From NCBI GenBank assembly GCA_019347805.1, contig JAHWKR010000003.1, positions 1 through 64,000 of the forward strand: a stretch of 64,000 nt of DNA. Reading direction: 5' to 3'. Below, in pieces: positions 42,868-52,349 of the stretch (position 1 is the stretch's first letter; every line of letters begins with the position of its first letter). A program made the translations under genes and the position numbers. This DNA is from Methanobacteriota archaeon (GTDB lineage Archaea > Thermoplasmatota > E2 > JACPAO01 > JAHWKR01). The notes beneath the pieces were generated by a model. That model did not search any database. It saw only the letters and a list, made by a program, of their open reading frames with translations, and was not told the origin of the DNA.

Positions 42868-45708
42868 GTGTCCGGGACCGAAAGCTCATCAAGGCGACCC
42901 CGGCTCCCCCGGTCCGTGCGCCCCGGCACGCTGGTCGAGTTCAAGGACGGCCTGTTCGGCATCAAGGCCCCGCAGAACCTGGCGGTCTTCCTGGAGCGGA
43001 AGAAGCGAAAGAAGGATTTTTTCGTCGTCCTGCACACGGTGAAGGGGCGGAGGGAGGTCAAACCGCAGCAGGTCTCGGGCCGTCGTTTCACGGTCGAGGT
43101 CGACCCGGGTCTCGACGAGGAGGAGATGACGGCGCGGCTGAAGGCGCTCATGCAGGAGGCGACAGGCGGGACGTTCGAGGAGAAGCGGGGCTCGGAGGGG
43201 GAGTTGGACGAGCGCACGGTCTGGGAGCGCGTGGTCGGCAAGCTCGACGGCCCGGCGTCGGTGGAGGACGTCGCACGGGCGTGGCAGGGCGAGGAGCCGA
43301 CGAAAGGCGACGTGCGGCGCATGGGCGAGATGCTGGAGCGTTGCAAGCGCACCGGTGTCGGGTTCTTCGAAAGGCGGGAGCGGGGCCGTTGGGAGCCCAT
43401 CCCTGTGGCGGCGATGAAGGGCTTCCACGCCGCCATGGAGGCGGCCAATCGTTTGCGCAAGCGGCTCGTTCGGACCGTGGTGGTGGAGGACGATTCTGGG
43501 GAACCGTGGGAGCGGTTGGAGGGTGTGCCGATCGCTGCCGTCGAGTTGGAGGACGAGGAGCGAACGTTACTCGAGGCGTTCGTCGACGGCATGGAACGGT
43601 TCGTCCTGCATGACCAGTGGCCGGACGACGTCACGCCGCCCGGTGTGCCGGTGCACACGCTCCTTGGCCAGGGGTGGCATCGTTTTCTCGAATGGTTGGC
43701 GCGCGATTGGACGGGTGCCCAGCAGGTCACCGTCTCGTCGGCGATGGTGCAGTTCCTCGTCGACTCCGGGATGCGCACCACACAGGACACCATCCGGCTT
43801 ATCGCGCGCCGCAAGGTGCTCGCGGCCCCCGATTTCGATTGGGAGACGCCGGAGGAGATCGAGCGGTGGGCGGAGCGGTATCGTGAACCGGCCGTGGAGG
43901 CGTCGTCTGACCCGTCGTTCTACACCGTGCGGAGCGACCTGCGCGAACTGGAGACGTACACCATCGACCCGCCGGACGCCAAGGACTTCGATGACGCCGT
44001 CTCGCTCATCCGGCACGACGATGGCGCGGCGACGCTCTGGGTGCACATCGCGGATGTCTCCCATTATGTCGAGAAGGATTCACGGCTCGACCATCATGCC
44101 AGACGGCGGGCGACATCGGTCTACCTGCCGACCGGCGTCCTGCCCATGCTGCCCCATCGGCTCTCCGACGACCTTTGTTCGTTGCGCGAGAAGGTCGACC
44201 GGCTCGCCATGTCGGTGCGGCTCGAGATCGACCCGGCCGGGGACGTCGTGGCGTGGGAGCCGTGCGAGGCGGTCATCCGGGTCGACCGCAACCTTTCCTA
44301 TGGCGAGGTGGACCGCATGGTGGCAGACGGTGTGGAGCCGTTCGCGGGCCTCGAGGCGCTCGCGCGGCTCATGGGGACGCGCCGCAAGGGGCTCGACATC
44401 GAGACCGGCGAGTTGCGCATCCGGTTCGCCGAATCGGAGGCGATGCGTGTCGCGCGACGCGAGGGCCTGGAACCGGAGTCGGTGCCGGAACCCGCCGAGG
44501 CGACCCCTGCGCTGGAGGAACCGCCGGAGGACGATGTCGGGCTTTCCATCCAGATCAAGCGCAGCTCACCGGCGACGCGCATGATCGAGCAGTTCATGGT
44601 GGCGGCCAACGAGGCGGTGTCGCGCTTCGTCCATGGCGCCGACGTCGCGGTGCCCTATCGCTGCCATCCGCTTCCCGAGCGCGCCAAGGCGGAGCGGTTG
44701 AACGGCCAGGCCAAGACGATGGGTCTCGAGGTGCGCATCGATCTTCCCGAAGAGAGCGGAGGATCGGACGAGGCCGACGAGGACGCGGAAGAGGAAGAGT
44801 CGGGCCCGAGCATCCTGGACCAGTTGAAGGGCGGGAAACTGCAGCTCGGCGGTTTCGCGGCGACCGAGACGCTCGGCAAGAAAGAGGCGAAGGACGCAGA
44901 GGACGAAGAGGCAGAAGAGGAGGCGGACCTGGCACCGGCCATCCGCGGTCTCGCGCAACTTTCTGCGGAGGAACGCGCCGCTTGGCTGCGGCCGTTCCGG
45001 GCCGCGCTCGAGGTGGTCGAGGGCATCAAGGACGAACGCATGCGCGACCTTGCCTACTTCAAGGTGCTCTCGTCGCTCGGGCGCGCGTTCTACACGCCGC
45101 GCAACCTCGGCCACTTCGGGCTCGGGTCGACGAGTTATGCGCACTTCACGAGCCCCATCCGGCGTTATCCCGACCTCGTGCTGCATCGCCAGTTGCGCTG
45201 GGTGTTGCGGAAGGACAAAGGTCTTGATGTGTCCCAGGAACCGCCGCACATGGCCGCCTATCTCGAAGACCTCTGCGCCCACTCCAGTGCGCAGGGGGAA
45301 CGCGCGGAGCGCTTGGAACGCGACATCCTCTCCTGTTGTCTCACGTTCGAGTCACGCCGCCAGGAATGGAGCGGGGCGCTCGGTGGCATCGTGAGCGGCG
45401 TGACCGCCGGGGGTGCCTTCCTGACGCTTCCGGGCAACCTCGAGGCACGGGTCGCGGTGCGCGACATCCCCGGCGGGCCCTACGAGGTCGACGAGTATGA
45501 CTCGATGCTCTTCAAGGCGCGCTTCGGCGGGGACAACGTCGAGGAGGAGGAGCTTGATCTCCCGCTCGATTGGCGCGAGATGGAGGACCCCGCGACGGGC
45601 GAGATCCGTGAGGTTCGGCTCAAGCTCGGCGACCGCCTGCCGGTCACCATCTCGGAGCGGGATTTCGTCGACGGGAAGGTGCGGGTACGGTTGACATCGG
45701 GCGGATAG
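42868..45708 (+). CDS. rnr: RNB-domain 3'-5' exoribonuclease, RNase R/RNase II family, with ~300-aa N-terminal extension
   Basis: RNB catalytic core ...YTIDPPDAKDFDDAVSLIRHDDG..LWVHIADVSHYV......SVYLPTGVLPMLP..LSDDLCSL; C-terminal S1-like region with an acidic insert. GTG at 42868 directly abuts the upstream TAG; the true start may be an internal Met. Confidence 0.75.
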   Translation: MSGTESSSRRPRLPRSVRPGTLVEFKDGLFGIKAPQNLAVFLERKKRKKDFFVVLHTVKGRREVKPQQVSGRRFTVEVDPGLDEEEMTARLKALMQEATGGTFEEKRGSEGELDERTVWERVVGKLDGPASVEDVARAWQGEEPTKGDVRRMGEMLERCKRTGVGFFERRERGRWEPIPVAAMKGFHAAMEAANRLRKRLVRTVVVEDDSGEPWERLEGVPIAAVELEDEERTLLEAFVDGMERFVLHDQWPDDVTPPGVPVHTLLGQGWHRFLEWLARDWTGAQQVTVSSAMVQFLVDSGMRTTQDTIRLIARRKVLAAPDFDWETPEEIERWAERYREPAVEASSDPSFYTVRSDLRELETYTIDPPDAKDFDDAVSLIRHDDGAATLWVHIADVSHYVEKDSRLDHHARRRATSVYLPTGVLPMLPHRLSDDLCSLREKVDRLAMSVRLEIDPAGDVVAWEPCEAVIRVDRNLSYGEVDRMVADGVEPFAGLEALARLMGTRRKGLDIETGELRIRFAESEAMRVARREGLEPESVPEPAEATPALEEPPEDDVGLSIQIKRSSPATRMIEQFMVAANEAVSRFVHGADVAVPYRCHPLPERAKAERLNGQAKTMGLEVRIDLPEESGGSDEADEDAEEEESGPSILDQLKGGKLQLGGFAATETLGKKEAKDAEDEEAEEEADLAPAIRGLAQLSAEERAAWLRPFRAALEVVEGIKDERMRDLAYFKVLSSLGRAFYTPRNLGHFGLGSTSYAHFTSPIRRYPDLVLHRQLRWVLRKDKGLDVSQEPPHMAAYLEDLCAHSSAQGERAERLERDILSCCLTFESRRQEWSGALGGIVSGVTAGGAFLTLPGNLEARVAVRDIPGGPYEVDEYDSMLFKARFGGDNVEEEELDLPLDWREMEDPATGEIREVRLKLGDRLPVTISERDFVDGKVRVRLTSGG

Positions 45709-45750
45709 GCCGTCACCGTTTTCACCCACGAGCGGCTGCGCCGGTCGTCC

Positions 45751-46446
45751 ATGCCCGCCTATCCCGACCACGGCACGTTGGCGAAGGCGCACCTTCTCGC
45801 TTTGTTGTTCTTCATCGTGGTGGCGGCGGACGTGACCCTCGGGGGTCCGCTCCAGTCGACGGATCCGAAGGTGACGGCGTGGGCCTTGGAGGTGACCGAT
45901 GAGGGTTCCCGCGCCTTCGCCCGTGGTGTTTTGGCGGCCCCGGGACACACCGAGGTGGCGCTCGTCCTCCTGGGGATGGGGGTCGGCTTCTGTCTCTGGT
46001 TGGGCGTGTCGCGCAACGCCTGGTTCATGCTTTTTCCGGCGGTCGCGGGCATGCTCCTGATCCCGGCCTTGAAATTGGCGTTCCATCGTGCACGGCCGTC
46101 GACGATCATCGATACGGGGGCCTTCCCGTCGGGCCATGTCTTGAAGGCGGTCTTCGTCACCGGTCTCGTCTTCGCTTTGTCGTGGGACGCGTTCGTCCGG
46201 CGGAAAAAGGGCTTCGTGGGGGTCGAGCCGAGACCTTGGTGGCCGCGGCTCCTGGTCGGACTCTGGCTCTTCGGCGCGCTCATCACCATCCTCGGCCGCG
46301 TGCTCGGTCTCGTCCATTGGTGGACCGACACGTTGGGCGGAGCGCTCCTGGGGCTCGTCATGCTCACCGGCACGTTGTTCCTGCATGCGACGCTCCCTGA
46401 GACGGCGCGCGAGGCGGAGACGGACGAACTCGTCACCGGGCGTTGA
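45751..46446 (+). CDS. PAP2-family membrane phosphatase (phosphatidic acid/undecaprenyl-PP phosphatase-like)
   Basis: Three PAP2 motifs: KLAFHRARP (KxxxxxxRP), PSGH, GRVLGLVHWWTD (SRxxxxxHxxxD-like). Confidence 0.7.
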   Translation: MPAYPDHGTLAKAHLLALLFFIVVAADVTLGGPLQSTDPKVTAWALEVTDEGSRAFARGVLAAPGHTEVALVLLGMGVGFCLWLGVSRNAWFMLFPAVAGMLLIPALKLAFHRARPSTIIDTGAFPSGHVLKAVFVTGLVFALSWDAFVRRKKGFVGVEPRPWWPRLLVGLWLFGALITILGRVLGLVHWWTDTLGGALLGLVMLTGTLFLHATLPETAREAETDELVTGR

Positions 46447-46667
46447 TGAAGGCTTCCACACCCGCTACGGCTCATCCGTGCAGGAAATAGAGATGGTGCA
46501 TCCCGGCCGCGGCACCAGCGATGGTGGCCCAGAAGAGGAACAGGACGAGGCGGCCACGCCACTTGGGGTCCATCGGAGCGCGCGAGGTCCGGTCCGGTAT
46601 TTGAGCCTGGGGGCCGCTCGTCCGTCGGGGGGAACCCTTTTCCGGGGTCCACGCCGACCCTTGTGCG

Positions 46668-48152
46668 ATGGCCGGCCGTTCGCGCGCCCCACTCGTGGCC
46701 GCCATGGTATTGGTCGTGCTTCTTGCCGGTTGCACATCGGACCAGGACCGAAAGGGCGACGGGGCGGAAGGGGCGACACCCGATACCGACGGGTCCACCG
46801 GAGCGCCCCCTACGCCGCTCCCTTCGTCGCTGCCCGACCCGGACGGTTCGCGCCTCGACAGGGCATGGTTGCACAACGGTTCAGGCCTCATGGCGCCTTC
46901 GGATGGGGTCCTCATGGCGTTCGGTTATGCCGCACTGCCGAAGACCGTGGAGGTCCACACAGGCTACGACGGTGCCGAGCCGTCCATCGGGGTGACACCG
47001 GAGGGCAACCTGTTCGTCATCGCCGGCACGCAGACGCTCCGTTCATCGGACGGTGGCCTCTCCTGGGAGGTGGTCAAGCGCGACCCGATCACCGCCGACC
47101 CGCTCTTGTGGGTCGACCGCGACACGGGCCGTGTCTTCACCGTACAGCTCTATGTCGGCTGTTCCTATCTGCACCACAGTGACGACGAGGGCGAGGCGTG
47201 GGAGGTGAATCCGGTGGCGTGCGGCTTGCCGGTCAACGACCATCAGAAGATGACGACGGCCCCACGGACGGTGGCGAACCCCACGGCTTCCTACCCCAAT
47301 GTCGTCTATTATTGTGCCAGTCAGATCGCGGCCGCGCAATGCTCGGTCAGCCAGGACGGCGGCAAGACCTTCGTCGGCACCTTCGCGGTGCCACCGGGCC
47401 AGTGCGGCGGGGTGCATGGAATGCCCTGGGGGGCACAGGACGGGATGGTCTATCTGCCCTACATCTCTTGCTCGGGTCCGGCGGTCGCGGTGACCGAGGA
47501 CAACGGCGCCTCGTGGACGGTGCGCGAGGGCCCGCCCGGAAGAGGCGGGGGCGGCTTCGACCCCGATGCCGTCACCACCCCGGACGGCACGCTCTATCTC
47601 ATGTACACCGGCTCGGACCATCTGCCCTACCTGGTGCGGTCGAAGGACAAGGGGGCGACCTGGGACGGCCCGTTCGCGCTCGCTCCGGAAGGCGTCGGTT
47701 CGTCGGTCTTCGCCGCGCTCGCGGTCGGTGACGACGGCCGCCTCGCCGCGACCTATGTCGCGACAGATGACCACAAGGGGCGCCCGGATTCGGCGCCGGC
47801 GAACGCGACGTGGGACCTCTACATCGCGATGACCCTCGACGGTGATGCTGCCGATCCCTGGTTCCTGACCTTGCAGGCGAGCAAGGACCCCGTGCAGCGT
47901 GGGCGCGTCTGCACGGAGGGGGCGCAGTGCGACGATGCGCGCAACCTGCTCGATTTCATCGACGCGACGGTCGATCATGAGGGGCGGGTCTATGTCGCGT
48001 CGACCGACGGTTGCACGTCGCGCACCTGCACCGGTGCGGACGGGACGGCGGCCTCGAGCAAAGCGGGCGAGACGACGGTCTACCGCATCGACGAGGGGCC
48101 GAGTCTCTTGGCCAAGCGTCCGTGGCTCATGCCGCTCGGCGACGGCGAGTGA
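46668..48152 (+). CDS. BNR/Asp-box repeat lipoprotein (paralog of 14089..15594)
   Basis: Lipobox VLLAGC. Asp-boxes SSDGGLSW, SDDEGEAW, SQDGGKTF, TEDNGASW, SKDKGATW. Collinear with 14089..15594. Confidence 0.6.
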   Translation: MAGRSRAPLVAAMVLVVLLAGCTSDQDRKGDGAEGATPDTDGSTGAPPTPLPSSLPDPDGSRLDRAWLHNGSGLMAPSDGVLMAFGYAALPKTVEVHTGYDGAEPSIGVTPEGNLFVIAGTQTLRSSDGGLSWEVVKRDPITADPLLWVDRDTGRVFTVQLYVGCSYLHHSDDEGEAWEVNPVACGLPVNDHQKMTTAPRTVANPTASYPNVVYYCASQIAAAQCSVSQDGGKTFVGTFAVPPGQCGGVHGMPWGAQDGMVYLPYISCSGPAVAVTEDNGASWTVREGPPGRGGGGFDPDAVTTPDGTLYLMYTGSDHLPYLVRSKDKGATWDGPFALAPEGVGSSVFAALAVGDDGRLAATYVATDDHKGRPDSAPANATWDLYIAMTLDGDAADPWFLTLQASKDPVQRGRVCTEGAQCDDARNLLDFIDATVDHEGRVYVASTDGCTSRTCTGADGTAASSKAGETTVYRIDEGPSLLAKRPWLMPLGDGE

Positions 48153-48308
48153 GACGGCCAAGCATGCAGAGCCTGCTGGCCGACCGAACATCATCGATGG
48201 AAATAGGCCACCCAAGGCGCGGAAGGGCCAACGCCGATGAACGCCGACATCTCGACGTTCTCCACAAAAACCTTATAAACTTCCGTTCGGCCTCATAGCG
48301 TGGTCCCC

Positions 48309-49307
48309 ATGAAGTCCCTCTGGTCAGTCGGTATGGTGTCGCTCCTTGCGCTCGCGCTTTTTGTCGCCGCGCCGGTGCAGGCGATGTACGAAGACGTCGA
48401 GTTCACCGTGGTCCTTGAGGATGGCGAAGGCGACCAGGGCGCGGTCGCCGGAGATTTCTATGACGTCCGTGCGCTCGCCATCGGCGAACCGGGTGACGAG
48501 ACGCTCGTCTTCAAGACGACCGTCCAGGACGCGTCCGACAAGCAGGACCAGTTGTCGTCCGTCCGCGTCGACTTCGAGGTCAAGGGGGCGAGCTATTTCT
48601 TCAGTTTCAAACCGGACGGCACCAAGGCGGACGGCAAGGCGGACTCCTGCTCGCTCGCCGGCAATGATGTCTTCTGTGTGGTCAAGTACGCCGACATCGA
48701 CGGCGCCGAGCCCGGTGACACGGTCTCGAAGATCACGGTGGCGTCGAAGTTCGTCACCGACGCCGACACCGCGACCACGGAGACCACCTACACGATCACC
48801 GGTGGCGAGGTCGCCCCGACCGTCGAAGAGGTCGACCTGGACGACGCCGAGGCGGTCATCGACGAGACCTTCGAGGAGGCGGTCACCAAGACCGTCGTCT
48901 ACACCTGGGAGAACACCTTCGACGCCATCGAGATCGCGTTCAACGTGACGGTCGACAACGGCACCCTCGACGTCAAGATCGGGGCGAACAACACGACCCT
49001 CGCCGGCAAGTCGTTCGATGACGCAGAGAGCGGTGCCCTGCCGCTCGACGGCGCCCCGAAAGGCGAGTGGACCATCAGTTTCGCTTACACCGATTTCGTC
49101 GGCACGGTCGCGGTCTCCGTCACCGAACTGTCCGGAGCGGACCCCACGGACGGTACCGGTGAGCAGGTGGACACGACCGGTGGCGAGACCGCCACCAATG
49201 GCACGGCCGACCTCGGCGGCAAGGAGACCAAGGACTCACCCGCAGTGGGCCTGGTCCCGGTCGCGCTCGTCCTCGGCGGCCTTGTCGCCCTCAGGCGCCG
49301 CCGCTGA
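48309..49307 (+). CDS. highly acidic secreted cell-surface protein with PGF-CTERM-like C-terminal anchor
   Basis: ATG 48309 (MKSLWSVGMVSLLALALFVAAPVQA) lies ~32 nt after the TATA-like ccttataaac (48268-48277). Mature protein is Asp/Glu/Thr-rich. C-terminus ...DSPAVGLVPVALVLGGLVALRRRR has the Pro-small-hydrophobic, TM, poly-Arg layout of archaeosortase signals. Confidence 0.5.
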   Translation: MKSLWSVGMVSLLALALFVAAPVQAMYEDVEFTVVLEDGEGDQGAVAGDFYDVRALAIGEPGDETLVFKTTVQDASDKQDQLSSVRVDFEVKGASYFFSFKPDGTKADGKADSCSLAGNDVFCVVKYADIDGAEPGDTVSKITVASKFVTDADTATTETTYTITGGEVAPTVEEVDLDDAEAVIDETFEEAVTKTVVYTWENTFDAIEIAFNVTVDNGTLDVKIGANNTTLAGKSFDDAESGALPLDGAPKGEWTISFAYTDFVGTVAVSVTELSGADPTDGTGEQVDTTGGETATNGTADLGGKETKDSPAVGLVPVALVLGGLVALRRRR

Positions 49308-49332
49308 GACCCGCTCTGTCCCTCTTCCCTTC

Positions 49333-50757
49333 TCACCCTCTTTTCTGCGCTGCGATCTCGCCATATATGCGCGCCGCGGCCTCGGTCCCGCGGAACAGGT
49401 TCTTGAGACGGAAGCTCTCCTCGGGGGCGTGCATGTTCTCGTCCTTGTGGCCGAAGCCGACGAGGATCGGGACCACGCCGAGCCGCTTCTGCATGTCGGC
49501 GACCGCCGGGATCGATCCGCCTTCCGGCAGGAGCGCGGGCCGGTTGTCGAACGTGTCGACGAGCGCCTTCTCCACCGCGACGAACATGGGGTGGTCGGGG
49601 TCGGCGCGCACCGGATGGCCAAGGTTGTGCAGCTCCACCGACACGCGGACCCCTTCGGGTGCCACCTTCTTGAGGTGCGTCGCCACCAGTTCCTTCACGC
49701 GGTGCGGGTCCTGGTCGGCGACGAGGCGGCACGACACCTTGGCGTGCGCGGTGCGCGGGATGACCGTCTTGGAGCCTTCGCCGATGTAGCCGGCGCGGAT
49801 GCCGTTCACCTCGAAGGTCGGCCTGAGGCCGGTGCGTTCCGTGGGGGTCCAGCCTTCTTCGCCGAAGAGCGCCGATGCGCCGGTGTTCTTGAGGAAGACC
49901 GCGTCGGGGTCGGAGACCTCCTTCAGGCGTTCCCGTTCCTCGGCGGTCGGTTCGACGACATCGTCGTAGAACCCGTCGATGAGCACTTTTCCGCTCTTGG
50001 GATCCTTGCAGGTGGCGAGCATATGGGCGAGCGCTTCGGCGGGGTTCCACACGGTGCCGCCGAAGATGCCGGAATGCAGGTCGCTGCCGGGGCCGTCGAC
50101 ATCGACGAAGAAATAGGAGAGTCCGCGCAGGCTGTAGGTGATGGCGGGCTTGTCTTCGCCGCGCATCGGGGAATCAGAGACGATGAGGAGGTCCGCACGC
50201 AACCGGTCGCCGGTCTTGTCAAGGATCTCCGCGAAGTGGAACGAGCCGACCTCCTCTTCCCCCTCGAAGACCATCTTGAGGTTGATCGGCAGCCCCCCGC
50301 CCGACTTGAGCCATGCCTCGGCGGCGTTGATGTGGCAGATGAGCTGTCCCTTGTCGTCGGTGCTGCCGCGGCCCCAGATGCGGCCCCCTTCCAATGCGCC
50401 TTCGAACGGCTCGTGCACCCAGCCGTCGGACTTCTCGGCGGGTTGTGTGTCGTAATGGCCATAGACGAGAAGCGTCGGCGCGTCGGGCCCGGCGTGCAGG
50501 TGGTCGGCGACGATGCCGGGATGCCCGGAGGTCTCCACGAGGGTGACGTTCTCCATGCCGGCCTGCTCGAGGCGCCCCATCAGCCATTCGGCCGCCGCGC
50601 GGACGTCTTCCTTGTGCTTGGGATCGGCCGACACCGAAGGGATGCGGACGAACTCCTGCAGATCCGAGACGTAGCGGTCCTGTTCCTTCCCGATGTGCTC
50701 GAGGACGGCGGAAAGGGCCGCCTGCGGGGTCGAGGCCTGGGGCATGGGTGGGCGCAT
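49333..50757 (-). CDS. M20-family metallopeptidase (dipeptidase/ArgE-DapE-like)
   Basis: Start MRPPMPQAST at ATG 50757. Motifs GHYDTQP, GRGSTDDKG, FEGEEEVGS, plus a dimerisation-domain insert. The ORF-track N-terminus is extended spuriously. Confidence 0.8.
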   Translation of the reverse strand: MRPPMPQASTPQAALSAVLEHIGKEQDRYVSDLQEFVRIPSVSADPKHKEDVRAAAEWLMGRLEQAGMENVTLVETSGHPGIVADHLHAGPDAPTLLVYGHYDTQPAEKSDGWVHEPFEGALEGGRIWGRGSTDDKGQLICHINAAEAWLKSGGGLPINLKMVFEGEEEVGSFHFAEILDKTGDRLRADLLIVSDSPMRGEDKPAITYSLRGLSYFFVDVDGPGSDLHSGIFGGTVWNPAEALAHMLATCKDPKSGKVLIDGFYDDVVEPTAEERERLKEVSDPDAVFLKNTGASALFGEEGWTPTERTGLRPTFEVNGIRAGYIGEGSKTVIPRTAHAKVSCRLVADQDPHRVKELVATHLKKVAPEGVRVSVELHNLGHPVRADPDHPMFVAVEKALVDTFDNRPALLPEGGSIPAVADMQKRLGVVPILVGFGHKDENMHAPEESFRLKNLFRGTEAAARIYGEIAAQKRG

Positions 50758-50886
50758 TCCGGCACTTGGCTTGATGGTTGCGGAGGCGGCGGTCGCATCC
50801 CAGGCGTCCAGGATCGCCCGGCTCGACGACACAAGGAGCGCGACCCGGCCGAGAACCGCATATACCCGCCCCCCTATCGGCGCCCG

Positions 50887-51369
50887 ATGCCCGGCCTGTA
50901 CTACGAGGAGTTCGAGCCCGGCCGGACCTACCGGCACGAGCCGGGCCGGACCATCACGGAAGCGGACAACGTCCTCTTTTGCAGCCTCACCATGAACACC
51001 CAGCCGCTCCACCTGGACCATGAGTGGGCGAAGAACGAGAGCCCGTTCGGCAAGCCGGTTGTGAACGGCATCCTCACCTTCGCCCTCTCGGTCGGCCTGA
51101 GCGTGCGCGACCTCACCGAGGGGACGCTTGTCGCCAACATGGGCTACGAGGACCTGAAGCATCCCGCCCCGGTCTTCCATGGCGACACGGTGCGGGTCTC
51201 GAGCGAGGTGGAATCGAAAAGGCTCACCTCCAAGCCGGGCCGTGGGCTCGTGACGATCCGCCATGTCGTCACCAATCAGGACGGCACCGAGGTGTGCAGC
51301 TATCGCCGAACGGTGATGGTCAAGACCAAGGACCCGTCGCTGGTCAAGCAGGAGGGCAAGGCGCTATGA
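50887..51369 (+). CDS. MaoC-like (R)-specific hydratase/dehydratase, hot-dog fold
   Basis: 160 aa: MPGLYYEEFEPGRTY...EADNVLFCSLTMNTQPLHLDHEWA....GYEDLKHPAPVFHGDTV. Confidence 0.75.
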   Translation: MPGLYYEEFEPGRTYRHEPGRTITEADNVLFCSLTMNTQPLHLDHEWAKNESPFGKPVVNGILTFALSVGLSVRDLTEGTLVANMGYEDLKHPAPVFHGDTVRVSSEVESKRLTSKPGRGLVTIRHVVTNQDGTEVCSYRRTVMVKTKDPSLVKQEGKAL

Positions 51370-52298
51370 AAGAGGACCAGGCAGAAGGCACCGCCCTGCC
51401 GTTGCGGCTCCGCCGCACCATGCTCTACACGCCCGGGACGCGCGGCGACCGGCTCACGAAAGCGTTCGCGGGAGCGGCCGACATGGTGGTCGCCGACCTC
51501 GAGGACGCGGTCGCACCAGACGACAAGGAGCAGGCAAGAGAGACGGTGCGCGCGTGGCTCGATGACACCGCCGAAGAGTCGGCCAAGGCACACGGAGCCG
51601 GAAAACGCACCCCTGAGCGTTGTGTCCGCATCAATCCGTGGGGCACGCCGCTTGCGCGTCCGGACCTCGCCGCCGTCGTCCCCGGGCGCCCGGACACCGT
51701 CGTCGTCCCCAAAGCGGAACGCTGGACCGACCTGGTCGTACTCGACCTGACACTCGAACGGATGGAGCGGCAGAACGGCATCGAGGTGGGCACCATCGAG
51801 CTCGTCGCCATCATCGAGAGCGCAGCGGGCGTGCTTGCCGCAGAGCGGCTCTCCCGCGCGACCTCCCGCGTGACCGCCCTCGCGTTCGGCGCAGAGGACC
51901 TCGCGGCCGACATCGGCGCTGTCCGCAGCGCGGGCAACATGGAGGTCTGGTATGCCCGCAGCCATGTCGCGATCTGCGCAGCACGCGCCGGGCTTCAGGC
52001 CATCGACCAGGTATATGTCGACATCAAGGACACCGAGGGGCTCGCCCGTGAGACCGAAGAGGCGCGCGCCTTGGGCTATCGCGGCAAGATGATCATCCAT
52101 CCCGCCCAGGTCGCACCGGTCCATGACGCCTTTCGACCCAAGGAAGAAGAGGTCGCCGAGGCGCGTCGGCTGCTCGCCGTCGTCGAATCGAGCGGCATCG
52201 GCGCCGGGGGTGTCGTCGCCTTCGAGGGACGCATGGTCGACCGACCGCTCATCGAGCAGGCCCGCCGCACGGTCCGCAGCGCTGATTCGGTACGCTGA
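51366..52298 (+). CDS. CitE/HpcH-family CoA-ester lyase (citrate lyase beta / malyl-CoA / citramalyl-CoA lyase-like)
   Basis: ATG overlaps the MaoC stop (ATGA). LYTPGTRGDRLTKAFAGAADMVVADLEDAVAP, ALAFGAEDLAADIG, GKMIIHPAQV. Confidence 0.75.
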   Translation: MKEDQAEGTALPLRLRRTMLYTPGTRGDRLTKAFAGAADMVVADLEDAVAPDDKEQARETVRAWLDDTAEESAKAHGAGKRTPERCVRINPWGTPLARPDLAAVVPGRPDTVVVPKAERWTDLVVLDLTLERMERQNGIEVGTIELVAIIESAAGVLAAERLSRATSRVTALAFGAEDLAADIGAVRSAGNMEVWYARSHVAICAARAGLQAIDQVYVDIKDTEGLARETEEARALGYRGKMIIHPAQVAPVHDAFRPKEEEVAEARRLLAVVESSGIGAGGVVAFEGRMVDRPLIEQARRTVRSADSVR

Positions 52299-52349
52299 GC
52301 CCGCCCCCGGGCCATAGGACTCATCTACGACCCCCCCATCCCAGGGCCG

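Noticed and set aside
46472-46568. 32-aa minus-strand peptide MDPKWRGRLVLFLFWATIAGAAAGMHHLYFLHG in the PAP2/BNR intergenic region
   Set aside because: Too short to support without conservation or expression data; possibly a small membrane protein but unsupported.
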